52,864 nt of DNA from a virus (taxonomy: Duplodnaviria > Caudoviricetes): the IMG/VR virus record IMGVR_UViG_3300001472_000023, positions 1 to 52,864 of that record; one strand, 5' to 3'. Below are positions 45,613 to 52,864 of the stretch, piece by piece (within the stretch, counting starts at the first letter, position 1; each line of letters starts with the position of its first letter). The notes below the pieces were generated by a model. The model saw only the letters and a program-made list of their open reading frames with translations, was not told where the DNA came from and made no database searches. A program made the translations under genes and the position numbers.

Positions 45613-47160
45613 TCAAGCTATTATATAGTTTATTACACGAGTTGTTGTTCCATTAATAAAATCAGTAGTTAGTACGTCACTTGTGGCGTAATAAACAGCC
45701 TCTTCTAAAGAATTATTCATATCAGATGTTTTAGAATTTAAAAAATCTTTTGATTTTAGTAATCCATAACTAGGATGAGCTATTGCAGTAGCTGTAACTG
45801 TAGCAGACCCTAAACTATCTAAATTTGACCTCACAATCTTTTCTTTTAAATTCATCAAATCTAAAACCACAGAGTTTCTTTTGTTTTTCTCCTGTTTGTC
45901 TACGTTTATTTTATATTTTATTATACCAGTAGGCAAGCCTCCTGTATTATAAGAGTCATCTGTCGAAAAAACAATAGTTTCGTTTACAGTACCAGAAGTT
46001 CTGCTTATGCTAGAGCTTCTCGATTTTTCAAAAATTAAGTTACTAGATTCGGGAAATAATCCGTTTACCTTTTCCTCATTTTTGCCCTTGGCGGATGACC
46101 AAAACGCAATCAAATTATCATACCTTTGCAGTATGTTTTTACCCTTACTTTTATAACTAGCGGATAATTCATAATTTAAAAAGGCTCCATCCTTTGACTT
46201 TTTGCAGGAGTAGGTTACAGAATTATCTTGGGATAGCCTTGGATTAGTCGAAAATTTTATAGAAAGAGTCGCAGAATTTGAGTCTTTACTAATCCCCTTC
46301 TCTATGGAAAAAGGATTACCGAAACTAGCATACTCTTGTGTGATTATAGAATCTACTGTGTCACCTAATGCTTTCTCTAAAACACGTTGAGAGTCATACT
46401 TTAATGAAGTTAAATCTATAGATATTGTTTTCGACAAATAACCAGTATCATCTACAGAAAATGAGTTTTTGATTTTTTTTGATACACCTTGGGAAGATTC
46501 AATAAAAGAAGATTCGAAAGACTCTTGTAAATCGACCTTTAAGCTAACCAAGTCTATACTCTCTGAAAGTGTACCATTATATCCTGAATTAAACTTAGCA
46601 TTTTCAGATATGCCGTCTTCATAATAACCTATTTGTGGTCTATTCTCATAATAATAATTTGTTAAAAATACCTTAGCATTTGTTAAAAATTGACTTCCAG
46701 CATCTTGTGCATATTGAATGGAAATATTTCTACTATAAGAATAAGTGGAGCTAGACCTTGAAAATGTATAGTTCTCATCAAATGATTCAATTAAATGAGG
46801 GCTTGGTATGTATTTTGAAAAAACTTTAGAACTGTAACTGCTCAACCTTCTTCTTTCTTCTATGGTTACGTTAGCGATTTCTTCACCAACTAAAGCACCT
46901 TCTGAAAAAGATAAGCTTGTGATAAGACCATTGTGTATTTCGTCTCCAGCTATTCTAGCAGTTATGTTTTGTTTTTTATAAGCTTGCCTTATTGCAGCCC
47001 TTCCAGATAATAAAACTCCATCATCATTATCAAAACTTATATCTTCAATTTTTATAGAATAATTTGAAGTTATCAAATAACCAAATATCTCTTCCGATCC
47101 CAAGTAAGAATAACTTATCTGAGATGAAGCATTTACAACGTTATTTACTATAAGACTCAT
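45613..47160 (-). CDS. putative tail structural protein
   Basis: 515 aa directly downstream of the tape measure gene; composition similar to 44013..45611. Confidence 0.6.
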   Translation of the reverse strand: MSLIVNNVVNASSQISYSYLGSEEIFGYLITSNYSIKIEDISFDNDDGVLLSGRAAIRQAYKKQNITARIAGDEIHNGLITSLSFSEGALVGEEIANVTIEERRRLSSYSSKVFSKYIPSPHLIESFDENYTFSRSSSTYSYSRNISIQYAQDAGSQFLTNAKVFLTNYYYENRPQIGYYEDGISENAKFNSGYNGTLSESIDLVSLKVDLQESFESSFIESSQGVSKKIKNSFSVDDTGYLSKTISIDLTSLKYDSQRVLEKALGDTVDSIITQEYASFGNPFSIEKGISKDSNSATLSIKFSTNPRLSQDNSVTYSCKKSKDGAFLNYELSASYKSKGKNILQRYDNLIAFWSSAKGKNEEKVNGLFPESSNLIFEKSRSSSISRTSGTVNETIVFSTDDSYNTGGLPTGIIKYKINVDKQEKNKRNSVVLDLMNLKEKIVRSNLDSLGSATVTATAIAHPSYGLLKSKDFLNSKTSDMNNSLEEAVYYATSDVLTTDFINGTTTRVINYIIA

Positions 47161-47167
47161 TTAAAAA

Positions 47168-50100
47168 TTATCTCGATGTGAGTTCCTGAATTTGTCCAGA
47201 CATATCCAAAACATCCGCTTTCAATCCTGTAATATTCTTTAGGTTTTCGTCTATTTTCTTTCCCGCTGCAGCGGATAACTCATTAGTTTTAGTAACTAAA
47301 GCTGCGATCCCATCACTGGCTGTTTTAAATGCGTCAATATTTGTTCCAGCGTTTTTCAAACTAACAGCCATGGCATCAAGATTCATCATAACAGTTTCGG
47401 CGCTGAAAGCTCCTGCAAAAGTATCAATGCTTTCTTGAGCATTTGCTAAAGAAATATTAAGGGCGTCTCCTTTCGTGTCTAAATCTGCTATTCCTTTCTT
47501 TGTTTGTCCTGCGTTAGTTGTAGCATAAAACCCTTCAAGTTGTTTCTCTCCAAAGCCCTCTTGTCCAATAACACTAGTATTTCGGTCCAATGATTGAAGT
47601 TCAGCAGATCCAATAAGTCCGCCCTGTTGTTTGGAAACTCCAATTCCCGCCATTTTGGTGAGAACAGCTACCATTTTTTCATTAGCCCCTTTATCCAATA
47701 AAGTGCCTTTAAGTTCTGTAATCAAGCTAGCTTTATCTTGGTCACTTCCTGCCTTTGCGAATTGGCTTCTAAAGTCTTTTATTATACTCAAGTCTATTGG
47801 CCCTTGCTTTACACTTTTAGAAATTGATGATATTCTATCCGAAGTGACTTTTGTTTCCAAGGAGGCTCTTTCTTTTGCTACTTCAGCGATCTGTTTTTCA
47901 ATCTCCATTCTCCTTTTGGTTAAAGCTATAGCCGTTTGCTCGCGACTAGCTCCATACTTTGCCTCGGCATCCTTCATGCTTTTCCTAGCTTCAGCTCTTG
48001 CCTCAGTACCTTCAGTGGTACCCCGGAATGTTTCCTGACTCTGAAGGTATGTAGCTCTAGCATTACCAGTAGCTACAATACTTTGAGATGCTGCGTTATC
48101 TGCTTGCAAAATGCCTGAAAGATTGCCTCCCACCGCTCCTAATAAAGAACTTCTTCTAGTCGAGGTTTTAGCCGCACTTTGCATTTGCTTACCTAAGGTG
48201 GCTCCAACCCCCTCGTTTACAAGGCTCTCAATTTGTTTGATTTTTTCACTAATAGCGTCATCAATTTCTAGGATAGCGTCTCTTTTAAGCATGACTTGGG
48301 CGGCTCTTTTCGCAGCAGCATTAAATTTATCACGCATTTCGAAGTAACCCTTTTCGTCTTGACTCATGGACGACAATTTATTTGCAGTCTCAACAAATCG
48401 CTTTTGAATTGAATCTATTATGGGGGCTGCAACCCCACCAGTCATTTTACTCCTGCCAGAAAAGTTCGAAAGATTAGTGCTCATGCCTTCAGCACTATTA
48501 AATCCATAATGGTTTGCAGACCCTTTCACATACCTTCCTCCCGCTTCTGCGTAAGCTTGGCTTACTCTAGAATCTTCTAACGCTTGGAGTTTCTTCTCTT
48601 CCATCTCAAAGTGATCATAAACAGCGTATCCTAATCCAGCAATGCCACCAATAGCAGCTCCCCAAGGTCCGCCAATCATAGCTCCTGTCGCCGCGAATTG
48701 CATAACTGTCCCTGCAGCTTTAGTATATTGAGCTGCAGTTTCTTCACCAGCTTCATTTAACTTTTCAGCAGCGATTGTTAGTCCACTTCCTGCCATAGAA
48801 AGGCCCATGCCAGCCCCAAATTGATTCCCCATAGCGGATTTTATTGAGTTACCTATTCTTCCGCCACCGCCAGTCATTTTAAAGCTCTTGTGATTAGAGC
48901 TAGCGCCTTTAAACCCTCCACTTTTCATGCCTCTACCCCTTTCGGTAGCATTTTTGCGTTCGGATTTTATTAAATCTTTAGTAGCTTCTTTGGTTAATCC
49001 TTGAGCCTTAGCAAGCTTTGTTACTTCCTTCCTCTGTTCCCGATATGCTTGAGTTAAATCACTACTACTTTTTGCTTGTGAGATTTGTGAAGCAGCATTA
49101 CCTGCAACATCGTCTAGTGAGAATCTACCCTGTCCGCCAAAAGAAAACATTTTATTCCTGTCCATAGACCCCGAATTGAAACGGCGAATTCCAATTCTAG
49201 AAGCTAGCCTAGAATTACTAATAGTGCCTTTCGAGTTTCTGGGAAATTTCGAAGTAATTTGACTTAGTTTTGGGAGCTTACCTTTGTTCTTCCCGAAGAT
49301 TGCGCTTTGCACTCCTTGGAATTTTGTTCCTTTTGGTCCGACACCATTTGGGAATTTTTTCTTAAACTCTGATTTAGTCATCCCCTTTTCATTTCTATGA
49401 GAATGAATGGATTCTCCTAGTTTTGAAACTCGAAATATCTTTCGAGCAGTATCTCCTGCCAAACCATCATTCCCTGATCCTTTTACCTCTCCAGTATGAG
49501 CCTTATGCCTCCTTACTTTATAGAATCCTTTGAGAGCTTTTTGCCCAGATAGATCTAAATCAAAGGTAGACCCAGTACTTTGATTAGTGTAGTCTTTAAA
49601 CTTATCATCTGTCAACAAACTCGCTAATCCCATTTCTTGGATGTTTCCCGCAAAAGCCTTAACTGTTCCCTCATTAATTTGCTTAGATACAGCTCCTTTA
49701 ATAATGCCTTCTTTCCCTTTCGGCATTACGCCATTAGACATTCTTTTAGCTACTTTTATTGCCTCGTTAACACTGCTATCTTTTAGCCCTTTTACTATAG
49801 AATTAATATCTCCGAAGTTTTTTTTATCTCTAGGAACTCCATAAGTAGGGACATTAACTAAGGTTTTATTATTTTCAGTTGGGTTTTTAGTCGGTTGACC
49901 AGCTTTACTTGGGTTTTTTGGACTTTGACCCATATAAAAACGGTTTAATTTATAACCTGTTTGTTCGCCATGCATCATGATGAACTTTCCATCTCTATTT
50001 AAAGCCCTCTTCCTATTTGCTTTTAAAGAAGAGCCTTTGTTAAATCTAGGGATTTGACCAGCTGTGAGAATTTCTTCACGACCTCCAATACTTACCTGCA

Positions 50101-51820
50101 TTTCAGAAGTATTCATTACAGCTGGGCTACCTCTAAAGTTAGTGACGTAAGGGGATGCCCCTGCTGGAGAGTCCCTAGACTCATTGACCATTGCGGTCAT
50201 TAAGTCTGGCTCCATTACACCATTACCACCAGAAGCGTATCGCTTGCCCCCCTTGCCTTTAAAAGAGCCAGAAGAGGCGCTATATCCAGTGACACCTCCC
50301 TGCCTAGCTATATTAGAAATATTTGTTACAATCTGTTGCTGTGCAGAAAGAAGAGCGTTCTCTCTTCTAATAGCATCGATAACCGCCTTTTCTTTTGTTG
50401 CTTGAGAGGCTGTAGTGCTCTCTAGCGTTTTCCTTAAAGCAGCATCTTTTTGTAATAATCCAATAAGGCCAGTTTCAATCTGGCTTATTTTTTCTGCAGC
50501 TGTACCCATCTTCATGATGGTAGAGAATCCTTCTCTAGCAAACCTGATGACAGTTTTAAATATTTTTGCAAATGCTACTGTAAAGATAGCTAAACCCGGA
50601 CCAGATAAAAAACCGCCAATAATCTTAAATAAACCCTGAACAAATGCATTACCCCTTTCAGGGTCTAATGCACGATCCAAACCTTCAGATAAGGTAGTAG
50701 CTAAACCAACAACATTTTTCAAGAGTGGCCCTAAAGTTAAATCACCCAACTTCTCAGCAAAACTCGTAACAGCTACTGTCAGTTTGTTCAATTGAGCCAG
50801 TAAAGTTTCGTTTAATTTGGCGTTTTTCTCCGTAGCCTCATTTGCTGCGCCCATTCCTACTTTCGTAGCTTCTGCGAATACAGAAGTTTGAGACCCAATG
50901 TCTTTCAAGGCAGCACTGACAACGTTAATCTGGAAAACTCCACCTGCAAGTTCTTTTATCTGACTCGCAATAGTAGGGTCAGCTAAACCTTCTAAAGCTT
51001 TGGACAACGCTTGAAGTTTTTGTACCCCCGTCTGATTAGCATCAATTTCGACACCTAATTCTTTCAGCTTTTCAATCGTGCTACCACGGCTGATTCTTGT
51101 AAAAATAGACTTAAATGCGTTACCTATAACAGCTCCACCTCTAGCAGTTCTTTGTTCTACAGCCGTAATTAAACCAAGAAGCTCATCGAAACTAACTCCG
51201 GCATCTTCAGCTGTAGAGCCTGCTCGACTAAATCCGTCTGCGAGGTCTTGAGCTGAAACAGCAAAAGCAGTATCGACTGCTACAATTTTATTCACAACTT
51301 GATTAGCAGTTAACCCAGCAGAAGTAAATCCATTCATAGCTGCTGTAAGAGCCTTTACTGATTGCTCTGCCCCTAATCCAGATATTCTAGTTAGGATTAA
51401 AGCGGCTTGAAGCCTCTTAGCACTCTCTGTGGCTCCTAGTCCCTGACGCGCCAGTTCAGCAGCTCCACTTGCAACAGTATTAAATGATTGCCCTGTCTCT
51501 TTAGCAACTTGGAAGATGGAGTTCCTGTATTTATTGAATTCAGTAGCCCCCGCCCCTAATATACTATTTATTTCCGTTAGCTTGGCTTGAACATTGACCG
51601 TAGTAGAAACTAAAGCCTTAAACGACTGTGTAATCCCATTAATAATAGATGTGGTGGCACCAAAAGCAAAAACACGAGCTGTAGAAGCATCTAGAGATTT
51701 TTGAAATTCAGAAGCTTGACCTGTTATTCTACCTAAAGCTTGCTGTACCTGCCTAGCAGAAGCATTGATGCTAGCTGGATTTAGGTTTAAATTAGCGTTA
51801 ATGTTAATTGGAGCAGCCAT
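47168..51820 (-). CDS. tail tape measure protein (TP901-like core)
   Basis: ELARQG, LTAAMNGF, VDTAFAVSAQDLA, GVSFDEL, GNAFKSIFTRI; A/G-rich helical. ATG 51820 with GTGTAT (51830-51835) 9 nt upstream. Confidence 0.9.
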   Translation of the reverse strand: MAAPININANLNLNPASINASARQVQQALGRITGQASEFQKSLDASTARVFAFGATTSIINGITQSFKALVSTTVNVQAKLTEINSILGAGATEFNKYRNSIFQVAKETGQSFNTVASGAAELARQGLGATESAKRLQAALILTRISGLGAEQSVKALTAAMNGFTSAGLTANQVVNKIVAVDTAFAVSAQDLADGFSRAGSTAEDAGVSFDELLGLITAVEQRTARGGAVIGNAFKSIFTRISRGSTIEKLKELGVEIDANQTGVQKLQALSKALEGLADPTIASQIKELAGGVFQINVVSAALKDIGSQTSVFAEATKVGMGAANEATEKNAKLNETLLAQLNKLTVAVTSFAEKLGDLTLGPLLKNVVGLATTLSEGLDRALDPERGNAFVQGLFKIIGGFLSGPGLAIFTVAFAKIFKTVIRFAREGFSTIMKMGTAAEKISQIETGLIGLLQKDAALRKTLESTTASQATKEKAVIDAIRRENALLSAQQQIVTNISNIARQGGVTGYSASSGSFKGKGGKRYASGGNGVMEPDLMTAMVNESRDSPAGASPYVTNFRGSPAVMNTSEMQVSIGGREEILTAGQIPRFNKGSSLKANRKRALNRDGKFIMMHGEQTGYKLNRFYMGQSPKNPSKAGQPTKNPTENNKTLVNVPTYGVPRDKKNFGDINSIVKGLKDSSVNEAIKVAKRMSNGVMPKGKEGIIKGAVSKQINEGTVKAFAGNIQEMGLASLLTDDKFKDYTNQSTGSTFDLDLSGQKALKGFYKVRRHKAHTGEVKGSGNDGLAGDTARKIFRVSKLGESIHSHRNEKGMTKSEFKKKFPNGVGPKGTKFQGVQSAIFGKNKGKLPKLSQITSKFPRNSKGTISNSRLASRIGIRRFNSGSMDRNKMFSFGGQGRFSLDDVAGNAASQISQAKSSSDLTQAYREQRKEVTKLAKAQGLTKEATKDLIKSERKNATERGRGMKSGGFKGASSNHKSFKMTGGGGRIGNSIKSAMGNQFGAGMGLSMAGSGLTIAAEKLNEAGEETAAQYTKAAGTVMQFAATGAMIGGPWGAAIGGIAGLGYAVYDHFEMEEKKLQALEDSRVSQAYAEAGGRYVKGSANHYGFNSAEGMSTNLSNFSGRSKMTGGVAAPIIDSIQKRFVETANKLSSMSQDEKGYFEMRDKFNAAAKRAAQVMLKRDAILEIDDAISEKIKQIESLVNEGVGATLGKQMQSAAKTSTRRSSLLGAVGGNLSGILQADNAASQSIVATGNARATYLQSQETFRGTTEGTEARAEARKSMKDAEAKYGASREQTAIALTKRRMEIEKQIAEVAKERASLETKVTSDRISSISKSVKQGPIDLSIIKDFRSQFAKAGSDQDKASLITELKGTLLDKGANEKMVAVLTKMAGIGVSKQQGGLIGSAELQSLDRNTSVIGQEGFGEKQLEGFYATTNAGQTKKGIADLDTKGDALNISLANAQESIDTFAGAFSAETVMMNLDAMAVSLKNAGTNIDAFKTASDGIAALVTKTNELSAAAGKKIDENLKNITGLKADVLDMSGQIQELTSR

Positions 51821-51844
51821 TGTAATTAAATACACTAAAGTAGC

Positions 51845-52714
51845 CTAAAAGTCCTCTGCTCCTAACTTACCTCCCTTTTCAGCCATTTTTGCTCTTAAGT
51901 CTTCAACCCCATGTACTACATTATTAGAGGTATCTTTTTCCTCTTTTGGAGAGAATTTAAATAATTTAACTGGGTCTTCTCTTACATCATCAGGTACATC
52001 TAGATTTTTTAATTTATTCAGTAAAACGGAAGCGTAAAATATTAAATTTTTCTGCCATAGAGATATCGTAAATACATTAACACCAATCATTTCATGAGGT
52101 TGTCTATACATCAGACAATAGGTATCGAAAAAAGAAGGGTTGAAAGCGGCTGCAATTAAATTTTGTTCTTTGCTTAATTGGTGTATCTTTTCGTTGATCA
52201 GCGGCATCAAAAAGTATATATCGTCTTCATCAACCAAAGTTTCCATTTTCTCGTCTTTAAATAGATTAAAGCCAATTTCTTTTTTATTTCTTTTCCTAGA
52301 TGCTAGATTTTCTGCACTATGCATTATTATGCTAGACTTCCTTGAGTTCAATTCATCTAATTCATCTCTTTGCTCTTTAATTGACTTTTCGAAACTTTTT
52401 TTGACCATGTAGTCAGAAATTTTGGAAGAAGCTTTTTCTGATTTAGAGATCATCCATTCTAAGTTTTTTATAGAGGACTCTTCTTCTTTAGACCAAACTT
52501 TTCTCTCAATAGCCTTTTCTAATAACTGCTTTTTACTTTTAATACCTCTTTTTATAGCAGACTCTACACTTTCAGACTCATACTCTAAAAGCTCCAAGGA
52601 ATCATAAACCCTGAAGTGCTTTAAGAAATAAGTGTTAGATTTGTATGTGATTTTGCTATAACCCCGCAATATGTCTAATAATAGCAAGGGTATTTCTGGA
52701 CCTTCTTCAATCAT
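51845..52714 (-). CDS. putative tail assembly chaperone
   Basis: 289 aa, helical, immediately upstream of the tape measure gene (positional inference). Confidence 0.5.
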   Translation of the reverse strand: MIEEGPEIPLLLLDILRGYSKITYKSNTYFLKHFRVYDSLELLEYESESVESAIKRGIKSKKQLLEKAIERKVWSKEEESSIKNLEWMISKSEKASSKISDYMVKKSFEKSIKEQRDELDELNSRKSSIIMHSAENLASRKRNKKEIGFNLFKDEKMETLVDEDDIYFLMPLINEKIHQLSKEQNLIAAAFNPSFFDTYCLMYRQPHEMIGVNVFTISLWQKNLIFYASVLLNKLKNLDVPDDVREDPVKLFKFSPKEEKDTSNNVVHGVEDLRAKMAEKGGKLGAEDF

Positions 52715-52864
52715 TCATTAGGGAATATTCTCTCTAACTGCTCTTCAATTTCCTTTTGGTCTGACCCCATTTTATTATACCAAAGATTCGCGACACGAGC
52801 TAAGGTCAAGAAGCTTTGATCAAAAACCCCTTTGTTTTTCAATAAATCCTTATCTTCAATATCG
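52711..52864 (-). CDS. hypothetical protein (partial, 3' end)
   Basis: Open frame ...DIEDKDLLKNKGVFDQSFLTLARVANLWYNKMGSDQKEIEEQLERIFPNE*, ATGA overlap with the next gene. Confidence 0.6.
   Translation of the reverse strand, partial: DIEDKDLLKNKGVFDQSFLTLARVANLWYNKMGSDQKEIEEQLERIFPNE

Noticed and set aside
47631-52607. Several plus-strand ORFs opposite the tape measure and chaperone genes
   Set aside because: Antisense shadows with no recognisable motifs
1-52864. Stop-codon reassignment
   Set aside because: Genes are full-length and tightly packed under code 11, with TAA, TAG and TGA all used as stops
1-52864. Bacterial chromosome or LPS locus rather than phage
   Set aside because: Tape measure, fibre and holin-like genes, a divergent compact replisome and the lack of ribosomal or other housekeeping operons favour a large phage

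Overview
A 52.9-kb, AT-rich, gene-dense fragment of a large tailed dsDNA phage (Caudoviricetes-like), read in the standard genetic code. No rRNA, tRNA, CRISPR array or integrase was seen. Modules from left to right: tail-fibre/structural genes; a lysis-like region (holin, overlapping spanin-like pair) interrupted by an inverted three-gene cassette (Glu-rich repeat protein, small membrane protein, PEP-CTERM-like secreted protein); rfaD; a Clp/Hsp100 ATPase; a replication module (three-piece DnaE: PHP, 3'-5' exonuclease, polymerase; PD-(D/E)XK nuclease; primase; DnaB-like helicase; RecA-like protein); a 10-gene nucleotide-sugar/glycan cluster; Hsp20; nrdAB; a repeat-rich intergenic origin/sRNA candidate; a sigma factor; GT4/GT9 glycosyltransferases; SSB- and Rad52-like proteins; tail genes and a tape measure protein. 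The most interesting signals are: (1) a phage sugar-activation pathway with the logic of the ADP-heptose route but partly different enzyme families (RpiB, PfkB, KdsC-like, NTP transferase), plus a GT9 split over two genes; (2) a GTGTA(A/T) motif just upstream of 12 mostly structural/lysis genes, a candidate late promoter for the phage sigma factor; (3) 26-bp-periodic palindromic iterons beside a GCGAAGC hairpin; (4) a PEP-CTERM cassette inside the lysis region. All product calls come from motif recognition by eye, not database searches.
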